This document shows positions 42,574 through 53,546 of a stretch of 64,000 nucleotides of DNA, one piece after another. The notes below the pieces were generated by a model, which saw only the letters and a list, made by a program, of their open reading frames with translations, was not told the origin of the DNA and did no database searches. Within the stretch, counting starts at the first letter, position 1, and every line of letters starts with the position of its first letter. The stretch is from Promethearchaeota archaeon (lineage in GTDB: Archaea > Asgardarchaeota > Lokiarchaeia > Sigyniarchaeales > SOKP01). Location of the stretch: assembly GCA_019894975.1 (NCBI GenBank), contig JAGXNO010000007.1, forward strand, positions 30,270 through 94,269. Reading direction: 5' to 3'. The position numbers were made by a program, and so were the translations under genes.

Positions 42574-43497
42574 TTAGCGATTAGCTTTTCCTGTTTGCTC
42601 TACTGTCTCCAGAAAATCTAAGATTTCGGCAATAAATTGTTTAGGATCTTCAATAGCAGTCATATGGCCAAGACCAGGCATAATTACGTGTCGAACATCG
42701 GGAATCTCCTTTGTCATTATTTCACTAGGTTTTAAAAAGACAACATCAAATTCACCGAGTAACACAAGCGTGGGACACTTAACCTGCCGAAGTTCTTTTA
42801 TGCGGGGATCAGGATCTGTATAAAACCTTGTCATGAATTCTATTATTGCCCGACGATCTTGTCGTCTCAAAAATCCTTCATAGATTTTCAGCATCTTTTC
42901 GCTTTCTGGATGTGCTGCCATCTTAAATAAATAAGGTCCGGGTTCTTGTCTAATAGCATTCATTCTATCTTCAACTGATGCATTCTTCTCCATTGCGATC
43001 CACATTTCCCTCATTTTTGCTCTTTCTTCTTCACTTGCCTTCTCATAAGCTTCAGCTTGTTGAGTTCTCGCCTTTTTTTCCTCCTCTGTAAATTCTCTAT
43101 AATCAGGGATCTCTATCTGAGTATTTGAACTTGTATCTGTTAAGATTGAGCTTAGTAAACGATCAGACCTTCTCATAGTATAGCGTGCACCGACCATCCC
43201 TCCCGTTGCATGAGTTAATAGATGGAATTTGTCAATACCCAAATAATCAGCAAGATCATCAAAATCTTGAGCCATTGTATCAGGATCATAACCATAAGGT
43301 TCTCCATCTACTACTGTTCGACCATGTCCTCTCATATCAATTGAGATCATTCTATATTTTTTAGATAACGCCGCGGTTACACCTGTATCGCTCCAATAAT
43401 TCCCATCCTCAGATAATCCATGATTTGCAATAATAGCATCTCCTTTCCCAACATCTTCATAATACAATCGTAAATTTCCTTTTTCAAAATAAGGCAT
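42574..43497 (-). CDS. Alpha/beta-hydrolase fold protein lacking the nucleophilic Ser
   Basis: NHG, DMRGHG, THATGG elbow, GEFD and GH; start moved to the ATG at 43497. Confidence 0.85.
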   Translation of the reverse strand: MPYFEKGNLRLYYEDVGKGDAIIANHGLSEDGNYWSDTGVTAALSKKYRMISIDMRGHGRTVVDGEPYGYDPDTMAQDFDDLADYLGIDKFHLLTHATGGMVGARYTMRRSDRLLSSILTDTSSNTQIEIPDYREFTEEEKKARTQQAEAYEKASEEERAKMREMWIAMEKNASVEDRMNAIRQEPGPYLFKMAAHPESEKMLKIYEGFLRRQDRRAIIEFMTRFYTDPDPRIKELRQVKCPTLVLLGEFDVVFLKPSEIMTKEIPDVRHVIMPGLGHMTAIEDPKQFIAEILDFLETVEQTGKANR

Positions 43498-43657
43498 AAT
43501 TTTCTCATTAAATTTTATTTTTTTTATTAAATCATAATGGGATTTTACTAATTTTATAGATTTCTTTTTTTTACAGATATCGTTTTTAATCTTCAAATTA
43601 ATAAATTCTTTAAAAAATAGAAAGGAAAAATAGACAATAAAAAAATAGGATTAGAAA

Positions 43658-44320
43658 TTATACTTTTAGGACTTTATCTGCTAATATTTCAACTTTTATG
43701 TTAGGATCCTTTTCATTTAGGAGTTTTTTGAATTCATTTAAATCTTTATCCCAATTATGCATCGGAACAGCGATTTCAGGCTGAATATCCACAGCACAAT
43801 CAGTGGCCTCATCGAAATCCATGGTGTATGTACCTCCACAAGGAAGTAATGCGACAGTAATGTTCTTATTTGCTAAATCTTTCATTTCAGGAATTCTTTC
43901 CGTGTCGCCTGCATGATAGACACTTTTTCCCCCCGATCTCACGATTGTGCCAGCCCATCCGCTTGATTTAGGATGGTTTGGCTTCTTTATATTGTATGAA
44001 GGGATAAGTTCTATCGAAAGATCCTTGTAATCGAAAGAATCCCCCAATTTAATTGGTTTGCCATTAAATTCCTTTAGATTACTTGCGATGCTTTCTGGAC
44101 CTAATACAATAGTGTCATCTTTCATCAATTTCTTTATAGAATCACTATGAAAATGATCAAAATGACTGTGACTACTCACAATTATATCAGCTTTTTCTTC
44201 ACCCTCTTTTAGCTGATAGGGATCCAAATAAATAACCCTTCCACTACCGGTCTTCACTCTAAACGCTGCATGTCCTAACCATTCAATTTGAAGTTGATAA
44301 TCTTCTCCCAATAGTTTCAC
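43658..44320 (-). CDS. MBL-fold metallo-hydrolase
   Basis: WLGHA, SHSHFDH, HAGDT and PMH. Confidence 0.92.
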   Translation of the reverse strand: MKLLGEDYQLQIEWLGHAAFRVKTGSGRVIYLDPYQLKEGEEKADIIVSSHSHFDHFHSDSIKKLMKDDTIVLGPESIASNLKEFNGKPIKLGDSFDYKDLSIELIPSYNIKKPNHPKSSGWAGTIVRSGGKSVYHAGDTERIPEMKDLANKNITVALLPCGGTYTMDFDEATDCAVDIQPEIAVPMHNWDKDLNEFKKLLNEKDPNIKVEILADKVLKV

Positions 44321-44433
44321 CTCTTACTATTTTGAAAACTTGTTATAATTTATTATTATGATTTAATCCTTTAAATTACTAACGTAAAAGGGATAGAGTG
44401 AATTGAGATTTATCGTGATCTTCTAAACAAATC

Positions 44434-44802
44434 TTAGTCTTCTTCTTCAAATTGCCATTCAGGTTTCTCGAGTTGAATTTTTTTGCTAATCCCAAAATTA
44501 TCATCTTTAGATATATCTAATTCTTGAAATCTGTCTCTTAGCAATTGATTTTCAAAATTTGGGATTTCATTGATGAGAAAGGGTTTTTGTATGGGATTAA
44601 CGGGATGTGTTATAGTTTTGAATCTTTTAGGGAGTAATTCTTCAGCAATTTGACTATTAATCCGAGTTTTCTGATTAAAAAATGGACTTCCGATTTTTAT
44701 ATCAGGTGTTTTTATGTTACTGAGAGAATTATTTGGTAAAGTAGACTTTATAGATCTACATGTTGGACAATTTATCTCATCTAAACCATGTATACAAGGC
44801 AT
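44434..44802 (-). CDS. Small hypothetical protein with Cys/His N-terminus
   Basis: MPCIHGLDEINCPTC; likely ATG at 44802. Confidence 0.6.
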   Translation of the reverse strand: MPCIHGLDEINCPTCRSIKSTLPNNSLSNIKTPDIKIGSPFFNQKTRINSQIAEELLPKRFKTITHPVNPIQKPFLINEIPNFENQLLRDRFQELDISKDDNFGISKKIQLEKPEWQFEEED

Positions 44803-45018
44803 TTTTTTCAATATCAATTATTTATTTGAAATCTATGTATTTCGAATTATTTGTATCTTTTATTCTTTTTTATTATAATTTCTTTAAGAACAATTAAACC
44901 TAAATTAAGAGATATTATTTTTTATAAACTTTATAAATTTAAACCAATTTTACTTAATATTTAAAATACATATTAATAATTTGTAATCTAATAATAAAAG
45001 AAATCTAAAGTGTAAAAA

Positions 45019-46785
45019 ATGGCAGATTGGCAAGTTGACCAAAGTAAACCTTGGTTTAAGAAATGGTGGCCAAAAGATACCCCTAAAAGTTATGATTTTG
45101 AAAAAATTTCAATGGGAGAGTTCTTTGAAAGACAAAGAAAGAAATATGCTGATGAAAAAATGATGTGGTTCATCGAATCGTGGATGACTTATGAGGAAGC
45201 AGGTCAAGCTATCGATTCTTTAGCTACAGCACTTCATAATTTAGGGGTAAAGAAAGGGGATGTCGTTGCATTCTTAATGCCGAATAGTTTTCAATATGTA
45301 ATTAGTTTCTATGCTACTGTAAAACTTGGGGCAATTGCAACAGGTATCAATCCTACTTATAAACCATTAGAAGTACTTCATCATCTTAAAATAACCAGTG
45401 CAACTATATTAATTACGTTGGATGCATTGTATGGGGAATTAATCCGACCAGTTGTTAGTCAATCAAAAATTGAGATGGTAATCTATACAAATATAGCAGA
45501 TTTAGCATCAGGATTATCAGGTTTGAAAAAAGGGCTAGGAAAATTGATAGGAAAGATACCCAAAGGAAAAGTAGAGTTTCCTGGTGCAATTAATTTTTTG
45601 GATCTTCTTGAGACAAAACCGGATCTTCCAAAAGTAGAGTTTGACCCATATGAGCATACAGCTACATTTATAATGACCGGAGGAACAACAGGAGTTCCTA
45701 AAGCTACTATTTTATCCCATTTCAATTTAGTTTCTAATGCAATCCAAGCAGCTTTATGGGTAGGTGGAGAAGATCCCGGAGTAGGAGATATTGGAGCTCT
45801 TCCACTTTTCCACTCGTTTGCTATGACCGCAGTTATGAATGTCTCTATTGCAATGGGTGGGTGGATGATGTTATTCCCAAGACCACCCCCAACAGAAGAA
45901 TTCCTGAAAGAAATTACACATATTGATGCTCCAAAGGGTCTTTTCTATGCTGGAGCAGAAATATTGTTTAAAAGAATTGCAGATTTTCCTAAACTTGAGA
46001 AATTTCCAAATTTAACAGGTAGATTAAGACTGTGCATCTCAGGTGCGGGACCTTTACATGCTCCTGTACAAAAAGCATTTCAAGAGAATACTGGTGGAAG
46101 AATTGTAGAGGGATACGGTTTATCAGAGGCAAGTCCAGTTGTTAGTGGGGGGAATCTTTTTGGTGAGAGTCCAGTTGGAACTATCGGTATGCCTTTCCCT
46201 GGTACAGATTGGGGAATTTTTGATGCAGATGACTTTTTTAAAGGTCCAATAGCAGATGGGTTAAGTGGATCGAAATATGGGGAGGAAAATACAGGAGAAT
46301 TATGTGTATGCGGACCTCAGGTTATGAAGGGATATTTAAACCAGCCCGACGAAACTAAAGACACTTTAAAAACTTGGGACGGGAGAACTTGGCTACTTAC
46401 AGGTGATATAGGTTTTATGAACGAGGATGGAACCGTTGCTCTTAGAGACAGAAAGAAACAATTAATTAAAGTAGCAGGGCATTCAGTCTTTCCTGCTGAA
46501 GTCGAAACTATGCTTATGAGTAATGAAGCAGTTTCAGAGGCAGCTGTAGCAGGCCTTCCTGATCCAAAAGGGAAAGTTGGAGAAATAACAAAAGCATGGG
46601 TTGCATTGAAACCTGAATATCAGGGAAAAATTACCGCTGAAGAGTTAATAGCTTGGACACAAAAGAACATGACTAAGTGGAAATGCCCAGCTATCATTGA
46701 ATTTATTGACGAAGTTCCTAAAAATATTCTCGGTAAGATCCAAAGGCGCCTTTTGCAAGAAGCAGATCCATTATATAAGAAATAA
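45019..46785 (+). CDS. Long-chain acyl-CoA ligase (AMP-binding)
   Basis: TGGTTGVPK, EGYGLSE, TGDIG and GKI motifs. Confidence 0.93.
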   Translation: MADWQVDQSKPWFKKWWPKDTPKSYDFEKISMGEFFERQRKKYADEKMMWFIESWMTYEEAGQAIDSLATALHNLGVKKGDVVAFLMPNSFQYVISFYATVKLGAIATGINPTYKPLEVLHHLKITSATILITLDALYGELIRPVVSQSKIEMVIYTNIADLASGLSGLKKGLGKLIGKIPKGKVEFPGAINFLDLLETKPDLPKVEFDPYEHTATFIMTGGTTGVPKATILSHFNLVSNAIQAALWVGGEDPGVGDIGALPLFHSFAMTAVMNVSIAMGGWMMLFPRPPPTEEFLKEITHIDAPKGLFYAGAEILFKRIADFPKLEKFPNLTGRLRLCISGAGPLHAPVQKAFQENTGGRIVEGYGLSEASPVVSGGNLFGESPVGTIGMPFPGTDWGIFDADDFFKGPIADGLSGSKYGEENTGELCVCGPQVMKGYLNQPDETKDTLKTWDGRTWLLTGDIGFMNEDGTVALRDRKKQLIKVAGHSVFPAEVETMLMSNEAVSEAAVAGLPDPKGKVGEITKAWVALKPEYQGKITAEELIAWTQKNMTKWKCPAIIEFIDEVPKNILGKIQRRLLQEADPLYKK

Positions 46786-46871
46786 AATCTTTTATTTATC
46801 TTTTTTTAGTAAGTGTAATATTTCCAATCTAATTTCATAAACTTTTGAAATAAATTTTAATTAAATATATC

Positions 46872-48137
46872 ATGGAAACCGAAGCCACCAAACATACGCA
46901 ACGGAATTATCTAATTTTTTGGGGTGGTCAATTATTTTCATTATTAGGTTCTTCTATAATACAGTTTGTTATAATTTGGTGGATTGCAGCAGGGACAAAA
47001 AGCCCAATTTACGTTTCAATTGCTTTTTTCTTAGGATCACTACCAATGGTTATCATTCCCCCTATTGTGGGAGTATTTATTGATAGGTGGAATAGAAAAC
47101 TTACTATAGCATTAGTAGACTCACTTCAAGCATTCATAACTTTCTTAATTATAATGTTTTTTCTTTTTGACATTGCTAATATTTGGCTAGTAATGACTAT
47201 GAACTTTTTTAGAGGAATTTGCCAGGCAATTCATTTTCCTACTGTAAATGTGATTATTCCTTTGATGATACCGAAGAAAAATTTAAGTAGAATGAATGCA
47301 ATTAACTACCTTTTCACAGGTGTTATACGTGTAATTGGACCATTGGTTGCTGGCTTTTTATTATATTTTTTCACGATAGAGCAAATATTATGGGCTGACA
47401 TCATTACTTTTTTTATTGCAATCATTCCGTTATTAAAGATTAAGATTCCATCAATAAAAACACAAAAGGATCAAATAAAGAAGAAGTCATTTCTAAAAGA
47501 TTTTAAATCAGGTATTAAGGTCCTGAAATCTGTAAGAAGTTTACTAATTTTAATAGTTTTTATATCTGTTATTAATCTGTTAAATATGCCATTTGCAACC
47601 TTAATGTCGTTATATGTAATTCTAAACCATTCAGGTGCAGAGCAACAATTTGCTATGGTAAGTGCATTTTTGCAGGGTGGTATTGTAATAGGTGCTATAA
47701 TTGCCTTGTCTAAAAAAAGTTGGAAACATAAAGAATTAATAATATTATATTCTGTAATTATTGGAATTGCTGGATATTCTTTGACTACTTTTGCTCCAAA
47801 AGGTAACTTTCTTATGATCGGGATTGGGGCACTAATTCATGCCTCTATGATCCCTATAGCAAATACTATGTTTCTTACTATGTTCCAAACAAAAGTGCCC
47901 CCAGAATCTCAAGGTCGAGTTTTTTCATTTATCGCTAGCATAGCAGCAGCCGTTACACCACTTGGAATGCTTATTTCTGGACCATTAGCAGAGGGTTTCG
48001 GGATCGTAATTCTCTTTATTTTCAGTTTATATTTGCAATTTGCTGTTCTTGTTTTAACTTGGTTCTTTACAAGCATTAAAAGTGTAATAGAAAATGAGAA
48101 ACTTATTGAAGCAACAAATAAGGGAGAAGAAATATAA
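46872..48137 (+). CDS. MFS transporter
   Basis: About 12 TM helices; GQLFSLLGS, DRWNRK and QGRVFS. Confidence 0.92.
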   Translation: METEATKHTQRNYLIFWGGQLFSLLGSSIIQFVIIWWIAAGTKSPIYVSIAFFLGSLPMVIIPPIVGVFIDRWNRKLTIALVDSLQAFITFLIIMFFLFDIANIWLVMTMNFFRGICQAIHFPTVNVIIPLMIPKKNLSRMNAINYLFTGVIRVIGPLVAGFLLYFFTIEQILWADIITFFIAIIPLLKIKIPSIKTQKDQIKKKSFLKDFKSGIKVLKSVRSLLILIVFISVINLLNMPFATLMSLYVILNHSGAEQQFAMVSAFLQGGIVIGAIIALSKKSWKHKELIILYSVIIGIAGYSLTTFAPKGNFLMIGIGALIHASMIPIANTMFLTMFQTKVPPESQGRVFSFIASIAAAVTPLGMLISGPLAEGFGIVILFIFSLYLQFAVLVLTWFFTSIKSVIENEKLIEATNKGEEI

Positions 48138-48261
48138 TTGAATTTAGAATAAGTTAAATTTTGTATTTTTACATTTTTAAATAAATTTTAATTTCTGATT
48201 TAATTATATTTCAATATCCTAAGATTAACTATAATTTTAACGGGATTTTAGCACTCGAATA

Positions 48262-49404
48262 ATGACAAAAGGAATTATAATCTCTGGTGGTTTTGGTACA
48301 CGCTTAAGACCTTTAACATGTACTATTCCTAAACCTCTTATCCCAATAGTCAACAAACCAGTGATAGAAAGACAAATTGATCTACTAAGATCTGCGGGAG
48401 TGAAGGATATAACTCTGGCTGTCAGTGTTATGGCTGACGTTTTAAAGAATTATTTTCACGATGGTAAGGATTTTGGAGTAAAAATTCAATATACCAGTGA
48501 AAGAACACCTATGGGAACTGCTGGTGCTATTAAACTAGCGGAGGATCATTTAAAAGATGAAAATTTCTTTATGTTGAATGGTGATGTGATTTTAAATTTT
48601 GATTTTAAGCAAATGCTCAAAAGTCATGAGAGTTATAAGGGGATGGGATCAATTGCCAGTAAGATTGTAGAAGACCCCTCCCGTTATGGTGTTTTGATTG
48701 TTGATAATGAATCAGGTAAAATAAATAATTTTCTTGAAAAGAATGAATATCATCCTCCTGGTGGTAAATACGTTCCAATGCCTATTAATGCAGGTGTGTA
48801 TCTCTTAGAACCTGATATTTTTAATTACATTCAACCGGGAAAGAAAGTATCTATTGAAAGAGAAATTTTTCCCAAACTTGCTGAAGAAGGAAATCTATAC
48901 AATTTCCCGATAAGTGGAATCTGGAAAGATATTGGAAAACCCGAAGAATTACTAGAAGGAAATATTCAGTTGATGTTAGATATTTTAAAAGATGTAAACA
49001 ACCAACAAAAAAACATTATTGATGAAAGCCTTGATATTGATGGTAAAGCATTGATATATCCTCCTATTGCTATAGGAGAAAATGTTGTAATTGGAAAAAA
49101 CTGTGAGATAGGTCCTAATGTAATAATTGGAGATAATGTGTTTATCGATGATAACACTATAATTAAGGAAACACTAATTTATAACAAAGCTTATATCTCA
49201 AAAGATGTAAAAATCGAAAAAGGGATAATTTCTGATAACTGCTTAATAGGGAATGGGGTAGAATTAAAAGGGAATAACCAAAATTTAGTTATATTAGCCT
49301 CGTATGTAGAAGTTTCAGAACAAGTAAGGTTAATTGCACCTTCAAATGGATCTATTACAATCTGTCATCATGAAGTCGTAAGAGAAGATATAGGAACGTA
49401 CTAA
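48262..49404 (+). CDS. NDP-sugar synthase (mannose-1-phosphate guanylyltransferase-like)
   Basis: GGFGTRLRPLT..PKP, GTAG and WKDIG; C-terminal hexapeptide repeats. Confidence 0.9.
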   Translation: MTKGIIISGGFGTRLRPLTCTIPKPLIPIVNKPVIERQIDLLRSAGVKDITLAVSVMADVLKNYFHDGKDFGVKIQYTSERTPMGTAGAIKLAEDHLKDENFFMLNGDVILNFDFKQMLKSHESYKGMGSIASKIVEDPSRYGVLIVDNESGKINNFLEKNEYHPPGGKYVPMPINAGVYLLEPDIFNYIQPGKKVSIEREIFPKLAEEGNLYNFPISGIWKDIGKPEELLEGNIQLMLDILKDVNNQQKNIIDESLDIDGKALIYPPIAIGENVVIGKNCEIGPNVIIGDNVFIDDNTIIKETLIYNKAYISKDVKIEKGIISDNCLIGNGVELKGNNQNLVILASYVEVSEQVRLIAPSNGSITICHHEVVREDIGTY

Positions 49405-50774
49405 ATTTCTTCACGTAACCTAATTATTTTTTTTTTAAGTTTTTTTATCCTGGAATCAGAAACATTGAAAATCAAAAAGCCTTCAAGGATTTTTAGAGCC
49501 TTCTGATAATAATTAATACTGTTTAGATAATCCTCATTCTTTTCAGCATTTTCACCAGCTTCTATAGCAAAATCCAATTCTAACTGCTTCTCCTTTTTTT
49601 CTAGATCTAATACCATCTGTGAAATTTTATTTATATCTTCTTTTATATTGAATTCCCTTGCAATATAATGAGCTTTTTTGTATTCTTTTTCAGCTATTTG
49701 ATACGCTAAGGTTTTTTCAGCGTTTTTACCTTTTTTTACGAACTCCCTTATCATTTTACTTGCTGATAAAATATTCATATCATCGAAATTGATCTGCAAA
49801 TCTTCAATTCCAGAATTACTTGAAAGAATAGAAGATATCGGCTTAAATTTAGCAACTTTCTCTGAAATAGTTTCTTCTCTCATTTCCAAATTGCTTGCAA
49901 CGATTTCAAGGTTTGTAGAAACAAAAACATTGTTTTCGACCATCTGATGAATCTCATAAAGGATGATATTTGCCTCAAGATTTACAATTTTCTTAACTCT
50001 GTTGAGTAGATTGTTAACAAAGAAAAATGGTTTAGATACTAGAAGTTCTTTAGCCAAGTTAAATATAGCTTTTGGAATTTGGTTTTGATTTATTTTTTCC
50101 AATATATTTGGAGCAATACTGTGAGCTAAGGTTAATGGGAACACTAATTTAACATTAAAAGAATCAATTAAGTACTCAATCATATTTTCAACATTGAAAA
50201 TTCCAGATTTTTTGAAGTTTGTAATCTCATCATGAAATAATTCCTCGTATTCTAATAAAAATTGCTTTACGTCTGTCCTCATGTTATCTGAAGCATTTTG
50301 GTCAAGAATTAAGCAAATCCTTACAAATTCTCCATTTTTTAACAGAATGTTAAAATTTTGGTATTGGAATTCATAGAATTGATTATCTTTATTGTAGATA
50401 GAATCATTAGGGGAAACTGTGTCTGATTCTGAGAATGTTATATTTGCCTGTATAAAACCTGTTAACAAGTCTGCATCAATTTCTGCACCTGAAATCGAAT
50501 AATTTAAAAGTTTCAAACCTGATTCTTTATCCATTATTATTATATGTCTAATATTCAATACATCAACAAATTTTTGCCAGATGATTTCTCGCTCCACTTG
50601 AAGATGTCGTTCGTATGAATCTAATTCAAATACCTCTAAATTTGAATCCGCCTCAAATCCTAGTTCCTTTAATTTCTTTTTGAGACACGACATACAATAT
50701 TTAGGATATTTTGGACACTTTGATTTTCTAGTTCCACAATTAAATCCTAAATGATTGATTTCAAAGTATACCAT
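49401..50774 (-). CDS. Cys-rich N-terminus, longin-like domain and helical (TPR/MIT-like) C-terminus
   Basis: IRHIIIMDKESGLKLLNY..DADLLTGFIQANITFS; C-terminal helical repeats. Confidence 0.6.
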   Translation of the reverse strand: MVYFEINHLGFNCGTRKSKCPKYPKYCMSCLKKKLKELGFEADSNLEVFELDSYERHLQVEREIIWQKFVDVLNIRHIIIMDKESGLKLLNYSISGAEIDADLLTGFIQANITFSESDTVSPNDSIYNKDNQFYEFQYQNFNILLKNGEFVRICLILDQNASDNMRTDVKQFLLEYEELFHDEITNFKKSGIFNVENMIEYLIDSFNVKLVFPLTLAHSIAPNILEKINQNQIPKAIFNLAKELLVSKPFFFVNNLLNRVKKIVNLEANIILYEIHQMVENNVFVSTNLEIVASNLEMREETISEKVAKFKPISSILSSNSGIEDLQINFDDMNILSASKMIREFVKKGKNAEKTLAYQIAEKEYKKAHYIAREFNIKEDINKISQMVLDLEKKEKQLELDFAIEAGENAEKNEDYLNSINYYQKALKILEGFLIFNVSDSRIKKLKKKIIRLREEI

Positions 50775-51019
50775 ACCAAATCCCTACGTGTCCAGATACA
50801 AACTAATTACTACTTTTTTTCCTATAATGAAATAACTGGGTTTAAGCCATTTAAAATTGAGTACTAAAAATTTTATCATTCTTTAATAATCTGAAATGCT
50901 TATGATTTTGACTTATGTCTTATTGGTTACATAGAAATGTGAAATTATTCTTAATAGATAAAAATTTTAAAAGCTTTCAATAATAGCAATTATTAATTAT
51001 AAATTCAATTGGAAGTATA

Positions 51020-52501
51020 ATGACTGATTATAAAATTAATGATGATTGGATATTAAACCGAATTTCTTCACAAAGTACTAGTTTTAATCAATGGATTACG
51101 AATCTAGTAAAAAATGTAGAGAAAACCTTAGAACAAATTCCTCCAGACATTCTTGATAAATCTAAAGTAGATAAAGAATTAGCTAATATAAAGGATATAA
51201 ATATGGACATGGTTAATTTTGATAGGGAAATGGCAAATTTGGGTTCTTTTGGGAAAAGAATCTCCAATTTTACCCTCAAAATGATGAATAAGATCCAAAA
51301 ACCAATTGAAATGGGACTTAAATCTTCTCTTAAGGATTTAGACATTGATGGAGATATCAACTTAGATTTTATAACTGGCAAACGAAAGAATCTATCATCT
51401 GCCCTTTACGATGTGTCAAAAGAACGAGGTATCGAATCCGAGGGATTATTATATCTTATAAAGGCTTTACCAGATCTCGAAGCTTTTCTTTATAGCACCA
51501 GTGTTAAGAAATATTATAGAGATCACACAGAACATGCTCTTCGAGTAGCAGTATTAGGGGATTTTCTTTTAGAACAAGATCTTGGACAAGGTACGTTAGA
51601 AGGGATGATTTCTGAAATATTAGATTTAGACAAGAGATTATTAAAAGATAAATTTTGGTGGATTACTGGTTTACTTCATGATATTGGATATCCTTTGGGA
51701 AAAATGACTACTGCAATAAACTACTCTTTAATTAATCAGTTGTTAAAATGTTATCCCACACTGGATTTAGAATTTTCCCCGTTCGAAATAAGTTTAACTT
51801 GGAAAGGACATCAAGAAGATTATCTAAAAATTATTGAAGAAGGCTTATCTAAAGAAGCAAAGAAATTGGTAAGAGAAGGATCGGGATACTATAATGAAGG
51901 AACACTAAAACAGAATCTCCAAACGTATTTAGCAAAGCCAGAAGGGCATCCAGAATATGATTTTAATAGCCCTGTAAAATTAGATCATGGTGTTATTTCT
52001 TCACTCTCCTTATTAAAAGGGCTAGGCACTCCTGAAGAGATTAAATCAAATGATGAATTCGATGGTTATATCAAAGTAGCTCAAGCTATAGCTCTTCATA
52101 ATTTTAAGGCTAATCTTAAGGATTATGGGTTTGACAGTCAACCGTTAGCATTTTTCTTAATGCTCATTGACGAGCTACAAGAGTGGGGAAGACCCATTCC
52201 TATTCAAGTAAGAGATTCATATTTCACAACAGAATTAAAAAAAGTAAATTTACTAGAGGAACTTAGGCTTAATTTGGATGAATTTAATTGGTTGATGCAG
52301 TTTAAGAATCAACAAGCTAAAGAACTTATGAATTTTGATTTTCAATTTTTCTCTAAGGAAAAGAAAAAAACTTTCGGAAGATTACATAGTGATGAAAATT
52401 TTCCTAAGACAACAATAAACCTTCAAGATATTAAAGTAGCTACACAAAAAGGAAAAAATAAAGAAGATATTATAGCACAAGAGGTTATAGTTATAGGGTG
52501 A
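51020..52501 (+). CDS. HD-superfamily metal-dependent phosphohydrolase
   Basis: RDHTEHALRV, LLHDIGYP, DHG, ALHN and IDELQEWGR. Confidence 0.8.
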   Translation: MTDYKINDDWILNRISSQSTSFNQWITNLVKNVEKTLEQIPPDILDKSKVDKELANIKDINMDMVNFDREMANLGSFGKRISNFTLKMMNKIQKPIEMGLKSSLKDLDIDGDINLDFITGKRKNLSSALYDVSKERGIESEGLLYLIKALPDLEAFLYSTSVKKYYRDHTEHALRVAVLGDFLLEQDLGQGTLEGMISEILDLDKRLLKDKFWWITGLLHDIGYPLGKMTTAINYSLINQLLKCYPTLDLEFSPFEISLTWKGHQEDYLKIIEEGLSKEAKKLVREGSGYYNEGTLKQNLQTYLAKPEGHPEYDFNSPVKLDHGVISSLSLLKGLGTPEEIKSNDEFDGYIKVAQAIALHNFKANLKDYGFDSQPLAFFLMLIDELQEWGRPIPIQVRDSYFTTELKKVNLLEELRLNLDEFNWLMQFKNQQAKELMNFDFQFFSKEKKKTFGRLHSDENFPKTTINLQDIKVATQKGKNKEDIIAQEVIVIG

Positions 52502-52800
52502 TTCTAACAATGGAGGATCTGGAGAAAAGAGGATTGAAAATATATACCGCTATATTTGAGAGAAAAAAAAATGTTGAGATTGAAGAGATCGAGTATCCAA
52601 TTAAAAAATTTTCGAGTGGGATAAAATACGTTGATTTGTTTGGATATAGATTTATAGAGCAAAACCGTAATAAAAAATCTGAATGGGGGAAAAAGGCAAG
52701 AGAAGGTCATAAAATCATGTGGATCATTAAAGGAAGAAGGTATATAGCACAAATTATGGATGGGGAATACAGTGATTTGAAAACTCGTCTTGATGAATGA
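52498..52800 (+). CDS. Small hypothetical protein coupled to the HD gene
   Basis: GTGA start/stop overlap; FIEQN..K.SEW motif. Confidence 0.65.
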   Translation: MILTMEDLEKRGLKIYTAIFERKKNVEIEEIEYPIKKFSSGIKYVDLFGYRFIEQNRNKKSEWGKKAREGHKIMWIIKGRRYIAQIMDGEYSDLKTRLDE

Positions 52801-52856
52801 TCTAAATTAAAAATCGGACTCCAAATTATTTTTATTGCAATTTCTATGAATTTTAA

Positions 52857-53465
52857 TTAAGGTTTTTCCTTTTCCATTTCCTTTTTTTTTAAAATCAATT
52901 CTAAGTATGATATTGTAATTGAGTCTCTCTTTTGAATTCCTATTGAAGTCAAAAAATCAAATAATAGGTTTCGAGTTCTTTCAATTTCTTCCTTAGTTTC
53001 TGATAAATACTCAACTTCAAGAAAATGTTGATGTAAAACAGGGATATAGTCAATTAAGGCTTCAAATTTATTATTTTTAAATTCCAGCTCAAATAGATCT
53101 CTCTCTTTATTCACAGTTAATACTTCTTGAAACCCAAGGAGATTAAGCAATTTTCCCATCTTAACATTATCCTCTATTTGTATGTCTATTTCTTCCCGAG
53201 TTTTAGAGACGGAATCAATTTTCTCTCCTTTATATGTTAAATAATATTCAATTTTCTTAGTAATCTCCTCGTTTTTATCAAATCTAATTGACTTTCTAAG
53301 TCTTAGCGCTTCATCTGTTTGCTTGAAATCTCTCAAACCTTTAGGCATATTATAATAAGTATCTTCATGTATCAGTGAAAATTTGTAAGATCCTTGATTT
53401 TTTTCAAGTTTTTTTCTTATCAAGTCAGGATCCAAAATTCTTACTTTTATTTCAACTTCAATCAA
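52857..53465 (-). CDS. cyaB: CYTH-domain protein (class IV adenylate cyclase family)
   Basis: EVEIK, DTYY, ALRLR, TYKG, REE, KER and FLEVE; likely TTG start at 53465. Confidence 0.9.
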   Translation of the reverse strand: MIEVEIKVRILDPDLIRKKLEKNQGSYKFSLIHEDTYYNMPKGLRDFKQTDEALRLRKSIRFDKNEEITKKIEYYLTYKGEKIDSVSKTREEIDIQIEDNVKMGKLLNLLGFQEVLTVNKERDLFELEFKNNKFEALIDYIPVLHQHFLEVEYLSETKEEIERTRNLLFDFLTSIGIQKRDSITISYLELILKKKEMEKEKP

Positions 53466-53546
53466 GCTAATTTCTCTTCTTTTCAGATAACAATTATAAT
53501 TCATTATTTTTTATTAAGTATTAATAATTAAATGTAGAAATAACCG

